Below are positions 19,172 to 29,065 of a stretch of DNA of 32,000 nt, one piece after another. Origin of the DNA: Raphidiopsis brookii D9 (GTDB lineage: Bacteria; Cyanobacteriota; Cyanobacteriia; Cyanobacteriales; Nostocaceae). Below the pieces are notes generated by a model that was given only the letters and a program-made list of their open reading frames with translations, was not told the DNA's origin and did no database searches. A program made the position numbers and the translations under genes. The stretch is from positions 870 to 32,869 of the forward strand of contig ACYB01000027.1 of NCBI GenBank assembly GCA_000175855.1, written 5' to 3'. Within the stretch, counting starts at the first letter, position 1. Every line of letters starts with the position of its first letter.

Positions 19172-19591
19172 CTATTTCTTGGTCGCTATGGCCAATTTCA
19201 CCCCTTCCACTTGTCTTATTTGATCCATTACCGCTACTACCTGCCCATGACTAACGGATTTGTCTGCATTAATTACTACAATTAATGGCTTTGATGGTTT
19301 CCTTTGTGATTTTACTTCTTTTGACAACTGCTGTAAATTAATTTTTTGTTGATTCAAAAAAATCTGGCCCTGGGGATTAATTGTCACTGTTATTTGCGGA
19401 GGGGGACCAGTTTGGGTTGTTCCCCCTTGAGGCAAATTTACAGGTAAGCTATTGAAACGGGTCAAGTATAAAGATGACATGATAAAAAAAGTCAAGATTG
19501 CGAATATAACATCAATCATGGGCACAATATTAATTTGTGCTGGTATATCCGGTTCATCTGGTAGACGCATAGGATTTATCTCCCCGTTCAT
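19172..19591 (-). CDS. exbD: Biopolymer transport protein ExbD/TolR family
   Basis: 139 aa. N-terminal INIVPMIDVIFAILTFFIM TM segment followed by a periplasmic domain (VVINADKSVSHGQVVAVMD). Overlaps exbB; an alternative start is the ATG at 19570. Confidence 0.85.
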   Translation of the reverse strand: MNGEINPMRLPDEPDIPAQINIVPMIDVIFAILTFFIMSSLYLTRFNSLPVNLPQGGTTQTGPPPQITVTINPQGQIFLNQQKINLQQLSKEVKSQRKPSKPLIVVINADKSVSHGQVVAVMDQIRQVEGVKLAIATKK

Positions 19592-20207
19592 AACGACGAC
19601 GGTATAATAGTTCTAGTTGTCCACCGTATTCTTGTATTAGGGCTATTTGCCTTTGGTAAAGACCTCGAAAGGAATTGGCAAATAAGAGGGTGAAAATAGC
19701 TACAATTAGACCTGTAGCAGTAGAAACTAACGCCTCACTAATACCACCGGTAACACCTGCTGTTTGAGTCCCTCCCACATTGCCAATATTTAAAGAAGCA
19801 AAGGAATTAATCAGTCCCAACACGGTTCCCAATAATCCTAATAGGGGGGCCAGGGCAATAATGGTGTCAAAAACCGTCGTGAATCGTTTCAATAAGGGTA
19901 TTTCCGCCTGAGCTTCAGTTTCCAAGGCCAAACGAAATTCCTCCGGGTTGGGTTCTTCTAGTTCTAAAGCAGTCAAAAAGATCCGAGCTATGGGTAAGTC
20001 AGCATTCCTTTGCAGAATGTCAACGATATTAACTAAGTTATTCTGACGATATAGATTCAATACGTACTTAACTACTTTTTCTTCTCGCTTGGTAATTTTT
20101 GACCAAAACCAAATACGCTCAATAATTAGTCCTACTGCAATTATGGAAGACAATAGCAGTGGCCACATAACCACGCCACCAGCTATAAATAATTGTTTAA
20201 TGTCCAT
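19554..20207 (-). CDS. exbB: MotA/TolQ/ExbB proton-channel family protein
   Basis: 217 aa with three TM segments. Conserved C-terminal channel region LAPLLGLLGTVLGLINSF...GISEALVSTATGLIVAI. Confidence 0.85.
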   Translation of the reverse strand: MDIKQLFIAGGVVMWPLLLSSIIAVGLIIERIWFWSKITKREEKVVKYVLNLYRQNNLVNIVDILQRNADLPIARIFLTALELEEPNPEEFRLALETEAQAEIPLLKRFTTVFDTIIALAPLLGLLGTVLGLINSFASLNIGNVGGTQTAGVTGGISEALVSTATGLIVAIFTLLFANSFRGLYQRQIALIQEYGGQLELLYRRRYERGDKSYASTR

Positions 20208-20383
20208 ACTGATTCTTCATACCTTCGCTGAACACAAAAAATAATTTACCTCGTGCCATTTTCCTATATACCAACCACAAAAAGCAAATATGTCAAGTGT
20301 ATACTGCATGGTAAAGTCCAGGTTAATTAATGGTTATTTTTTGTTTGATATATTAGAAATATAAGTAAGAGATTAGATTACTC

Positions 20384-21205
20384 ATGATCTGGCCGTTTAA
20401 ACCCAAGTTTCGTAAACAAATCGCTCGCATTGAAATTACTGGTGCGATCGCCAGTAGCACAAGAAAGCGAGTGTTGGAAGCCATAAAAACCGTAGAAGAG
20501 AGAAAATTCCCTGCTCTGTTGCTACGTATTGACAGTCCTGGTGGTACGGTAGGGGATTCCCAAGAGATCTATGGTGCCCTCAAGGAATTGGGCAAAAAAA
20601 CCAAAATCGTCGCCAGTTTTGGCAACATATCCGCTTCGGGTGGTGTCTATATAGGCATGGGGGCGAAGCATATTATGGCCAATCCAGGTACAATTACAGG
20701 TAGTATAGGTGTAATCCTACGGGGAAACAATCTAGAACGCTTGTTGGAAAAAGTTGGTGTGTCTTTTAAAGTAATTAAGTCTGGTCCATACAAAGACATT
20801 TTATCCTTTGACAGAGAACTGACCCAACCAGAGGAAAATATCCTGCAAGAACTGATTGATGTCAGTTATCAGCAATTTATTCAAACAGTAGCTCAGGCGC
20901 GCGCCTTACCTATAGAAACTGTCAAAACATTCGCTGACGGACGTATTTTTACAGGAGAGCAGGCCTTAAACTTGGGAGTTGTAGACCGTTTGGGAACGGA
21001 GGAAGATGCTCGACGTTGGACCGCTGAATTGGTGGGACTTGATCCCCAAAAAACTCCCTGCTATACCTTAGAAGAGCGGAAACCATTATTAAGTCGAGTT
21101 CTACCAGGTAGTCGCTATCCCAAATCAAGTATTAGATCTGGAATTGATTGGCTGGAGTTTGAAATGTCTACAAGTGGGTTACCACTGTGGTTATATAGAC
21201 CCTAG
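20384..21205 (+). CDS. sppA: Signal peptide peptidase SppA, 36K type
   Basis: 273 aa. LLLRIDSPGGTV, catalytic-serine region ISASGGVYIG, and downstream KSGPYKD (Lys region). Confidence 0.88.
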   Translation: MIWPFKPKFRKQIARIEITGAIASSTRKRVLEAIKTVEERKFPALLLRIDSPGGTVGDSQEIYGALKELGKKTKIVASFGNISASGGVYIGMGAKHIMANPGTITGSIGVILRGNNLERLLEKVGVSFKVIKSGPYKDILSFDRELTQPEENILQELIDVSYQQFIQTVAQARALPIETVKTFADGRIFTGEQALNLGVVDRLGTEEDARRWTAELVGLDPQKTPCYTLEERKPLLSRVLPGSRYPKSSIRSGIDWLEFEMSTSGLPLWLYRP

Positions 21206-21226
21206 AAGGTTATGTCATTCGTCAAT

Positions 21227-21261
21227 GGTCAGTCGTAAAAATTGGCAACTGACGACTGACC
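21227..21261 (+). other. Perfect 10-bp inverted repeat (hairpin) between sppA and aroH
   Basis: GGTCAGTCGT (21227-21236), 15-nt spacer, ACGACTGACC (21252-21261). The right arm is part of heptamer-like repeats ACTGACG ACTGACC. AACTGAC recurs at 21274-21280. No U-tract follows the hairpin. Confidence 0.4.
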
Positions 21262-21316
21262 GCTGATAGTAATAACTGACAACTAGAAAAGGAGGAACTT
21301 GGAAGTGGAATGGCAA

Positions 21317-21685
21317 ATGCGGGCAATTCGTGGCGCGACAACTGTTGCGGAAAATAGCGTAGTGGCAATTACGGAAGCAGTGACGGAATTACTTAATGAA
21401 TTGGAAGACCGCAATCAACTGCGACCTACGGAAATTTTGAGTGTCACCTTCTCTGTTACCCGTGACTTAGATGCTATCTTTCCAGCAGCGATCGCCCGCA
21501 GTCGTCCTTTATGGGATAGCGTGGCCATGCTAGATGTTCAACAAATGTATGTGGAAGGAAGTTTGCAGCGCTGTATAAGGTTTTTAATTCATGCCTATTT
21601 ACCCACTTCTTCTCCCATACACCACGTGTATTTACGTCAAGCAGCTAAATTACGTCCCGATTGGGGATTTGTGGGAGTTCAATAA
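21317..21685 (+). CDS. aroH: Chorismate mutase, AroH class
   Basis: MRAIRGATTV start typical of AroH, then FSVTRDLDAIFPAA, RCIRFLIH and HVYLRQAAKLRPD. I chose the ATG at 21317 over the TTG at 21299. GGAGGA lies upstream. Confidence 0.88.
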   Translation: MRAIRGATTVAENSVVAITEAVTELLNELEDRNQLRPTEILSVTFSVTRDLDAIFPAAIARSRPLWDSVAMLDVQQMYVEGSLQRCIRFLIHAYLPTSSPIHHVYLRQAAKLRPDWGFVGVQ

Positions 21686-22059
21686 TTTAGCAAGTTGGCA
21701 GGTATTAACGTTATGGAGCTGCAACTACTACTAAACAATTTAAAACTAGTCGTGAATCATTCTTTATCTTGCCTTTTGGTGAGTACTTATGCTTAAAAAA
21801 TGCTGGTTTTTAGAGTAACAATGGAGGAAAAAATAATAAATTCTGAAATCTATATAAATTAATGCTTTCACCTACCCACTTTCGACTACAAGACCTTAGA
21901 ATAATTCATTGAAAAGTCGAGCTGATCTGATGTACAGGGGTTGGGAGTGTAAATACTCTTAACGAACGATTTTTGTAATTCTACCGACAGAGATTTCCGT
22001 AAAGATGCGACAGGATTTCATCTTGCAGTAAATTTCAAGTAAACCTCAAGGAGTTTGAT

Positions 22060-22344
22060 ATGAACAAGGCTGAATTAGTAGATGCAGTGTCCGAAAAAGC
22101 TAGCGTGACCAAAAAACAAGCGGATGCTGTAATCAGTGCTGCCATTGACACTATTATTGAAGCGGTTGCTTCAGGTGATAAAGTTACTTTGGTTGGTTTT
22201 GGTTCTTTTGAATCACGGGACCGTAAAGCTCGTGAAGGTCGTAACCCTAAAACTAATGAAAAAATGGAAATCCCAGCCACGAAGGTTCCTGCTTTCTCTG
22301 CTGGGAAACTATTTAGAGAAAAGGTAGCACCCCCAAAAGAGTAG
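22060..22344 (+). CDS. hup: HU-family nucleoid-associated DNA-binding protein
   Basis: 94 aa. MNKAELVDAVSEKA...VTLVGFGSFESRDRKAREGRNPKTNEKMEIPATKVPAFSAGK is the HU/IHF beta-arm signature. AAGGAG Shine-Dalgarno 7 nt upstream. The 374-bp upstream region is non-coding. Confidence 0.93.
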   Translation: MNKAELVDAVSEKASVTKKQADAVISAAIDTIIEAVASGDKVTLVGFGSFESRDRKAREGRNPKTNEKMEIPATKVPAFSAGKLFREKVAPPKE

Positions 22345-22370
22345 TTTTAGTTCTAGGAAGCGCAGTTTTG

Positions 22371-23447
22371 ATGGGACACAAAGCACATGGGGGAAATCTA
22401 GCTTGGGCGGCGGCATTAGCTGGCTGTTCCCCGGAGGCTATTGTGGACTTTTCCGCTAGTATTAGCCCCTTGGGACCGCCTAAAACCGTAATTGATGCGA
22501 TCGCCTCCCAATTGGCTAGTCTAAAACATTATCCCGACCCGGATTACACGGAACTAAAACTGGCTCTGGGTCGTTTCCATGAACTACCACCGGACTGGAT
22601 TTTACCCGGTAATGGTTCGGCTGAATTGCTAACCCTAGTGGGTAGGGAACTAGCACAACTAAGAGGAACTATATTAGTAACTCCGGCTTTTGGCGATTAT
22701 TACCGCACTCTGGCGGCCTATAATGCTAAAGTGTTGGAGTTTCCTATGGATTTAAGTTGGGAGAGGGGGTTACCCCCCCTTTTATCTTCTGTTTCTGGAT
22801 CGGGGGAATATGGATTGTTGCTGAATAATCCCCACAATCCAACGGGTAAGTTATTTTTACGGGAGGAGATTTTACCCTACTTACAGGATTTTGCTCTGGT
22901 GTTGGTAGATGAAGCGTTTATGGATTTTCTCACCCCCGCACAAGAGCAAAGTTTGATAGGGTTAGTTCGGGAATATAGGAATTTGGTCATATTGCGATCG
23001 CTGACTAAGTTCTACAGTTTGCCAGGTCTGAGATTAGGCTATGCTATAGCTACACCTGACCTGGTACAAAAATGGCAGTCTTGGCGAGATCCCTGGCCCG
23101 TAAACAATTTAGCCGTATGTGCTGCTATAGCTGCACTTCAAGATCAGGAATTTCAACACCAAACCTGGACCTGGTTACCTCAAGCCAGGAATCAACTTGT
23201 ACAAGGTTTATCTGGTTTACCTGCTCTTAGACCTTTGCCGGGTGCTGTCAACTATTTATTGGTAGAGTCCCAAATTTCCACTTCTTGGTTACAAGAACAG
23301 CTACTAGTAAAACACCAAATCCTCATTCGTGACTGTTTGAGTTTTAAGGAACTAGGCGATCGCTATTTTCGTGTTGCTGTGCGCTCCATACCAGATAATC
23401 AACGTTTAATTACTGCTCTGGAATCCATAATGCAAAATCATCTATGA
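22371..23447 (+). CDS. cobD: Threonine-phosphate decarboxylase (cobalamin biosynthesis; class I/II aminotransferase fold)
   Basis: N-terminal HGGNLAWAA...DFSASISPLGPP, NPHNPTG, and the PLP-lysine region RSLTKFYSLPGLRLGY. I chose the ATG at 22371, one codon after the TTG at 22368. Confidence 0.82.
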   Translation: MGHKAHGGNLAWAAALAGCSPEAIVDFSASISPLGPPKTVIDAIASQLASLKHYPDPDYTELKLALGRFHELPPDWILPGNGSAELLTLVGRELAQLRGTILVTPAFGDYYRTLAAYNAKVLEFPMDLSWERGLPPLLSSVSGSGEYGLLLNNPHNPTGKLFLREEILPYLQDFALVLVDEAFMDFLTPAQEQSLIGLVREYRNLVILRSLTKFYSLPGLRLGYAIATPDLVQKWQSWRDPWPVNNLAVCAAIAALQDQEFQHQTWTWLPQARNQLVQGLSGLPALRPLPGAVNYLLVESQISTSWLQEQLLVKHQILIRDCLSFKELGDRYFRVAVRSIPDNQRLITALESIMQNHL

Positions 23448-24922
23448 AACTGGACTATGATATAATAATCATTGGTGATAGTATTGCGGGATATGAAGCT
23501 GCTTTATATGCAGCTCAACTACATGCCAAAGTAGCTTTAGTAAAGTCCCAACCCACTTACCAACTAAACTATGTTTACCCATTGAGGGAACTGAGCAGAA
23601 TCTCTTATCAGTACTTAGAAATGATGGGTTTAGGCATTTGTGCCAATCAATCTCCTAGTACGGAAGTAATAAAGCAGCTGCAACAGTCAGAAAGATGTTT
23701 AATTTCTTCTTACCAGCGGGCAATATTTTATGCCCAAGGTATGGAGTCCCAATTTAACTTAATAAATTCCCTGGATAATTTAGCTACTCAAGGAGTAGAT
23801 ATAATTATTGGTAGGGGGGAGTTTGCCAATTCTAGAAAACCCAGTTTTAGAGTTCAAGGTCGAACTTTAAGGGGGAGTAGATACTTACTGGCCTGTGGTT
23901 CGGTGACTAAAATTCCCGACATAGAAAATCTTGCCACCACTGGTTATGTTACCCTAACCAATATTTGGCAATACCTAGTAAGCGCCAATCTACCTAAACG
24001 CTGGGTAATTCTTGGTGGTTTACCCCAAAGTATAGAAATCGCTCAAACCCTAGTTCATTTAGGTTGCCATATAGATTTAGTCCTCAACCATCCCACGGTT
24101 TTATCGTATTTAGAGCCAGAAATAGTTGAATTACTCATGGCCCAACTAGAAGCTGAAGGGGTAAGTATTTTCCGAGAACAAACGGTCACCCAAACAAGAA
24201 AAATTAAAGGTCAAAAATGGGTACAACTAAAAGACCAAGCCATAGAAACTGACGAAATTTTAATAGCTGATCACCAACAACCAAAAATAGACAACCTGAA
24301 CTTAGCCAGTCCGAGAATTAAATCCTCAAGCGATCGCCTGATCACCAACGACAAACTACAAACCACCAATCCCAAAATTTATGCCTGTGGAGATATTATA
24401 GGTGGTTATGATATGGAGAACATTGCCAAATACGAGGCAAAAATAGCTGTGAAAAACGCCCTATTTTTTCCTAGACATCGGGTAAACTACAGTGCCATTC
24501 CCTGGATAATATCTACCCAACCTATGGTAGCTCAGGTAGGAATCACCGAATTACAGGCCAAAAAAACATATAATAAAAATCGAGTTCTAGTTTTTAAAAA
24601 CTACTTTAAGACCACAACAGCAGGTCAAGTTAAAAATGAGACCACAGGTATTTGCAAACTAATTGTTTTAGAAAACGGCAAAATTTTAGGGTGTAGTATA
24701 TTTGGTCAACAAGCAGAAGAAATAATCAACCTTATTGCCCTAGCAATAGCTCAAAACTTGAAAATTGACAACTTAGAAAATTTAGCTGTGGTCTACCCTA
24801 GCTGCTCAGAAATTCTCACCCAAACCGCTAGGGAATGGAGCACCCACAAACTACACAAAAACCACCTGTTACAAGAGTTCCTGCAGAGTTTTTTACATTT
24901 TCGCCGGGAATGGAAGTTTTAA
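23444..24922 (+). CDS. Pyridine nucleotide-disulfide oxidoreductase-family protein with degenerate catalytic motifs
   Basis: 492 aa. The fold markers YDIIIIGDSIAGYEAALYAA, IYACGDIIGG and a C-terminal dimerisation-domain-like region are present. There is no CxxxxC redox pair. GxGxxG is degenerate (GDSIAG; GGLPQS). The HPT(L)SE motif reads YPSCSE. The start ATG overlaps the cobD stop (ATGA, 23444-23447). Confidence 0.7.
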   Translation: MKLDYDIIIIGDSIAGYEAALYAAQLHAKVALVKSQPTYQLNYVYPLRELSRISYQYLEMMGLGICANQSPSTEVIKQLQQSERCLISSYQRAIFYAQGMESQFNLINSLDNLATQGVDIIIGRGEFANSRKPSFRVQGRTLRGSRYLLACGSVTKIPDIENLATTGYVTLTNIWQYLVSANLPKRWVILGGLPQSIEIAQTLVHLGCHIDLVLNHPTVLSYLEPEIVELLMAQLEAEGVSIFREQTVTQTRKIKGQKWVQLKDQAIETDEILIADHQQPKIDNLNLASPRIKSSSDRLITNDKLQTTNPKIYACGDIIGGYDMENIAKYEAKIAVKNALFFPRHRVNYSAIPWIISTQPMVAQVGITELQAKKTYNKNRVLVFKNYFKTTTAGQVKNETTGICKLIVLENGKILGCSIFGQQAEEIINLIALAIAQNLKIDNLENLAVVYPSCSEILTQTAREWSTHKLHKNHLLQEFLQSFLHFRREWKF

Positions 24923-24958
24923 CATCCATCCCAGCAAAAGGAAAAATATCGCCAATAT

Positions 24959-26131
24959 CTAACGAATATACTCCTTGAGAACACTGTTCCGATTGGGATG
25001 ACGCAGTTTCCGCAGGGCCTTAGCCTCGATTTGTCGAATCCTTTCCCGGGTAACATTAAAAATCTGACCGATTTCCTCCAGGGTTTTCATCCGACCATCA
25101 TCCAAACCATAGCGCAGTCTCAAAACATCCCTTTCTCGGGGACCCAAACTATCTAAAACTCTTTCTAGGTCTTCCCTAAGAAGACTTTTAGAAACCTGAT
25201 CCTCAGGTGTTTCACCATCAGATTCAATAAAATCTCCTAAACGGGAATCCTCCTCCTTACCAATAGGTGTTTCCAAAGAAATAGGCAATTGAGCTGATTT
25301 GGCAATAAACCTCAGTTTTTCAATGGTCATTTCCATGCGGGTCGCAATTTCTTCCTCCGTGGGTTTGCGTCCCATTTCTTGAGATAAAAGTTTGGTAGTT
25401 TTCTTAATCCGTGATATAGTCTCGTAAAGGTGAACGGGTAAACGAATAGTTCGAGACTGATCAGCTATTGCCCTTGTAATTGCTTGACGGATCCACCAAG
25501 TCGCATAAGTAGAAAACTTATAGCCCTTTTCATGGTCAAATTTTTCGGCGGCCCGGATCAGACCTAGACTTCCCTCCTGAATTAAGTCCTGGAATGACAA
25601 ACCCCTATTCATATATTTTTTGGCAATGGAAACCACCAACCGTAGGTTGGATTGTACCATTTTATCCTTCGCCCTGCGCCCGACGTGAAGACGATAGCGG
25701 AAGGTTGGTAATGGCAATTTTACGGCCTCGGCCCATTCTCTAAATTCCGGTTCCCTTTCTAGCTGTTCGTATAAATCATCCCTAACTCTTTCTAGCTCCA
25801 GCAAATCAGCTATTTTTCGTGCCAACTCAATTTCTTCATCTGCCCGTAGTAGTCTGATTCGACCAATCTCTTGCAGGTAAAGACGAATTGAGTCCTCAGT
25901 AAATGGCTTCTTCTTAGTCTGTGTGCGACGACGCGATTTAGCGGCTTTTCCAGACTTTGCGTCGTCCTCATCAGTCTGAGGCTCTAAAAAATCATCAATA
26001 TCCCCGTCATCAACTAGCAGTAAGTCCTCTTCCTCCTCGATTAATAAGAGTTCTTCTTCTATCTCGGGCGGATTTATCATTTCTAGCTCAGGCTGATAAA
26101 TGCTATCGAGTACGTTGTTAGCCTGGTTCAT
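24959..26131 (-). CDS. sigA: RNA polymerase principal (group 1) sigma factor
   Basis: 390 aa. Acidic region 1.1. Region 2 [17 protein letters not shown] (2.3/2.4). Region 4.2 [31 protein letters not shown] 381-bp untranslated spacer lies upstream. Confidence 0.95.
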   Translation of the reverse strand: MNQANNVLDSIYQPELEMINPPEIEEELLLIEEEEDLLLVDDGDIDDFLEPQTDEDDAKSGKAAKSRRRTQTKKKPFTEDSIRLYLQEIGRIRLLRADEEIELARKIADLLELERVRDDLYEQLEREPEFREWAEAVKLPLPTFRYRLHVGRRAKDKMVQSNLRLVVSIAKKYMNRGLSFQDLIQEGSLGLIRAAEKFDHEKGYKFSTYATWWIRQAITRAIADQSRTIRLPVHLYETISRIKKTTKLLSQEMGRKPTEEEIATRMEMTIEKLRFIAKSAQLPISLETPIGKEEDSRLGDFIESDGETPEDQVSKSLLREDLERVLDSLGPRERDVLRLRYGLDDGRMKTLEEIGQIFNVTRERIRQIEAKALRKLRHPNRNSVLKEYIR

Positions 26132-26512
26132 GCCGCGTTCCTCATGCTCCTTGCAGAATCAATATTATGGAGTTAATTTTGTTGACTTTATTTTGCCCTT
26201 TGTGAAGGCATTATTTTAACTCTTGACGGATCCACTGATGTTTTACCGAAGATAGTTCAGTACACAATTCCCAGTTTACCCCGTCCCCACCTCATAAATA
26301 TAACTGGTGACAGATTTATTTTGTCAACTGTTTTCTAATTGTAACCTCTTTCACAGAAATTGCACTCTTTTTGTGTATTAACCATGAACTCATTTCCTCA
26401 TGGAAGGCCACCTTTATCAAAAAGACATTAAAAATGTATTCACACCATTAATTCTTATTGAAAGCTTTTTGGTTTATCATTAGTCTGTTTGTTGCTATCT
26501 TCCCCTGGAGGA

Positions 26513-28909
26513 CTAGATATCTAAATCTGTTAGATTGAGCTTAGAACCATAAGTTTCAATAAACTCCCTCCTAGGAGCAACCCGATCACCCATTAGTATG
26601 GTGAATATTCTGTCAGCTTCTGCTGCATCCTCTATTTCCACCTGTTTCAGGGTTCTGGTTTCAGGGTTCATAGTAGTAGTCCACAGTTGTTCTGGCATCA
26701 TTTCGCCCAAGCCCTTAAATCGCTGAATTGTGTAATTAGCGTTTCCAGGTAAGGTACTAATGTGTTGTTGTAGTTCTCGATCACTGTAACAGTAATTATA
26801 GTTCTTCCCTCTCTCTACTTTGTACAGTGGTGGACAGGCAATGTAGATAAATCCCTGTTCAATTAGTGATCTTTGGTATCTATAGAAAAATGTCAGCAGC
26901 AAGGTACGAATATGGGCCCCATCCACATCCGCATCTGTCATGATCACCACCCGATGATACCGCAATTGTGAAGCGTCAAACTCTTCACCTTTCACCCCTA
27001 AACCTAAAGCCGTAATTAATGATTGTACCTCATTATTTTTATAAATTTTCGCATCATCGGTTTTTTCTATATTTAAAATTTTACCCCGTAGAGGCAAAAT
27101 TGCCTGAGTCCGGCGATCGCGTCCTTGCTTGGCACTATTATGGACAAAAACTCCTGCTGCTAAAGCAAAGTTATGGGTATGGGGAACTTCTAAATCATAA
27201 ACATCAAATTTCTCTGGTAAACTTTCCACACTTACCACCCGGTGGTTATAGGTGGTGACAGCACTCCGTATTACAGTGGGTATAGACTGGTCATAATAGG
27301 GCATTAAGGAATCCTGTGGAGTGAGCAAACCAGCAGCTTGGTAATTTCCATCCCGCAACATAAATAAATGGTCAGGAGTGCAAATCAAAACCTGGTCATT
27401 ATCCAAAGTTACCCTAACTACCTCAGCGTTGGTTTTGGTCCTGCGGACATGAAGAATTTTTTCTATTCCCACCTCACCATTTTCCCGTATGGTATAACAA
27501 TAGTTTTCTTTACCTGCTGCTTGTTCAGCTATCAAATCTGTAAAAGTAAGATTACGCCCATCCTTTAGAGAAACTAAAGTATTGCCCACAAAACAACCAC
27601 CCGCACTGTCTCCTTCCACAATAAATATTTCCGACTCAGCAGGATCGCGGGAACTGCAGTCAGCTAATTTACCAGGTAAAGGGGAAGACTCCAAAACGGA
27701 TTTTCTGCGAACCAGCTCCCGTGCGTGTCTAGCTGCTTCTGCAGCTTTAAAAGCCTGGATAGCCTTATCCAAAATAGAATCCGCAATACCAGGGTGAAAT
27801 TCTAAATATTCCGTCAGCACTTCTCCCACCAGAGAATCCACAATGCCACGTACTTCCGTATTACCCAACTTAGTTTTGGTTTGTCCCTCAAACTCCGGAT
27901 CGGGAACCTTCACGGAAATAACTGCAGTTAAACCTTCCCTCACATGTTCACCGCTGAGATTGGATTCATTCTCCTTAATTTTATTACGTTTGCGGGCGAT
28001 AGAATTCAAAGTTCTTGTCAGAACAGTCTTCAGACCTTCTAAATGAGTACCACCATCAATAGTGCGAATATTGTTAGCAAAACCTAAAACATTATCAGTA
28101 TAAGCATCTGTACACCATTGTAAAGCCACCTCTACTTGAACATTATTGCGCTCACCTTGGACGTAGATAATTTCCTCATGTAAAGCCTGCTTATCTCGAT
28201 TTATGTAGGACACATACTCCTTAATTCCCCCCTTATATTCATAAGTTTCTACCTTAGGGGTATCGGTTTTGAGGAGTTCCAAACGATGATCGGTAAAACT
28301 AATTTTCACCCCCGCATTGAGATAAGCCAATTCTCGGAGACGACCGGCCAGGGTAATATAATCAAATTCAGTGCCAGTGGTAAAAATTTGGGCATCTGGT
28401 TTAAACTTTACGGATGTGCCAGTACGGGACTGTTGGTCTGGTTCTACTTGCAATTCAGTTGTGGGTGCACCTCGTTCATAACGTTGAGTATGAACCTTAT
28501 GCTCTCGCCACACCGTAATATCCACTACTTCCGATAAAGCATTAACTACGGACACACCCACACCGTGTAAACCCCCAGAAACCTTGTAACCACCGCCTCC
28601 AAATTTACCACCAGCATGGAGTACAGTTAACACAGTTTCCAGAGCGGACTTACCAGTTTTAGGGTGAATGTCAGTGGGAATACCTCGACCATCATCGGTA
28701 ACCGTACAGGAACCATCAGCATTGAGTTCTACATCTACATGGGTACAGTAACCCGCCAAAGCCTCATCAACAGAGTTATCAACTACCTCATAAACTAGAT
28801 GGTGCAGTCCTCGCGGTCCGGTAGAGCCAATATACATACCCGGTCGTTTGCGGACGGCTTCCAGACCTTCCAGAACTTGAATCTGATCGGCACTGTAACT
28901 GCTCGTCAT
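26513..28909 (-). CDS. gyrB: DNA gyrase subunit B, interrupted by a mini-intein
   Basis: GHKL ATPase N-terminus ([19 protein letters not shown]...[29 protein letters not shown]). Toprim EGDSAGG, then a 153-aa insert, then SAKQGRDR...[21 protein letters not shown]-terminal QRFKGLGEM. 798 aa in total, 645 aa without the insert. Confidence 0.96.
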   Translation of the reverse strand: MTSSYSADQIQVLEGLEAVRKRPGMYIGSTGPRGLHHLVYEVVDNSVDEALAGYCTHVDVELNADGSCTVTDDGRGIPTDIHPKTGKSALETVLTVLHAGGKFGGGGYKVSGGLHGVGVSVVNALSEVVDITVWREHKVHTQRYERGAPTTELQVEPDQQSRTGTSVKFKPDAQIFTTGTEFDYITLAGRLRELAYLNAGVKISFTDHRLELLKTDTPKVETYEYKGGIKEYVSYINRDKQALHEEIIYVQGERNNVQVEVALQWCTDAYTDNVLGFANNIRTIDGGTHLEGLKTVLTRTLNSIARKRNKIKENESNLSGEHVREGLTAVISVKVPDPEFEGQTKTKLGNTEVRGIVDSLVGEVLTEYLEFHPGIADSILDKAIQAFKAAEAARHARELVRRKSVLESSPLPGKLADCSSRDPAESEIFIVEGDSAGGCFVGNTLVSLKDGRNLTFTDLIAEQAAGKENYCYTIRENGEVGIEKILHVRRTKTNAEVVRVTLDNDQVLICTPDHLFMLRDGNYQAAGLLTPQDSLMPYYDQSIPTVIRSAVTTYNHRVVSVESLPEKFDVYDLEVPHTHNFALAAGVFVHNSAKQGRDRRTQAILPLRGKILNIEKTDDAKIYKNNEVQSLITALGLGVKGEEFDASQLRYHRVVIMTDADVDGAHIRTLLLTFFYRYQRSLIEQGFIYIACPPLYKVERGKNYNYCYSDRELQQHISTLPGNANYTIQRFKGLGEMMPEQLWTTTMNPETRTLKQVEIEDAAEADRIFTILMGDRVAPRREFIETYGSKLNLTDLDI
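27137..27595 (-). mobile_element. GyrB mini-intein (153 aa, no homing endonuclease domain)
   Basis: In-frame insert [10 protein letters not shown]...GVFVHN, followed by Ser +1. Cys1 codon is at 27593-27595 and the terminal Asn codon at 27137-27139. Block A CFVGNTLV, block [10 protein letters not shown] (TxxH), block [18 protein letters not shown], block G VFVHN|S. Only about 50 aa separate blocks B and F. Confidence 0.9.
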
Positions 28910-29065
28910 GAAAATTCTCCTGATTTAAAGGGCGTTAATTCGCTAAAAACATAAAAAAGTAAAATCACCCCAGAATTATAGCATTAAAGCCTTGGTGTCG
29001 TGTTTAGCACCATTTAGTGATAAACTGATATGAGAGGGGGGGATGAGGTAAATGGGTAAATCAAG

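Noticed and set aside
22035-22327. Two ORFs (22035-22280 minus, 22136-22327 plus) overlapping the HU gene.
   Set aside because: HU is unambiguous in its own frame. These are alternative-frame and antisense artefacts.
22345-22370. Possible cobalamin riboswitch ahead of cobD.
   Set aside because: Only 26 bp separate the HU stop from the cobD start, which is far too short for a B12 aptamer. I also recognised no B12-box-like sequence in the 374 bp upstream of hup.
26513-28909. Five + strand ORFs (27019-27258, 27368-27568, 27582-27797, 27843-28046, 28286-28537) lying antisense inside gyrB.
   Set aside because: They are fully embedded in a strongly supported conserved gene. Their sequences are low-complexity or biased, and they have no recognisable motifs or ribosome-binding context. 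They are typical shadow ORFs.
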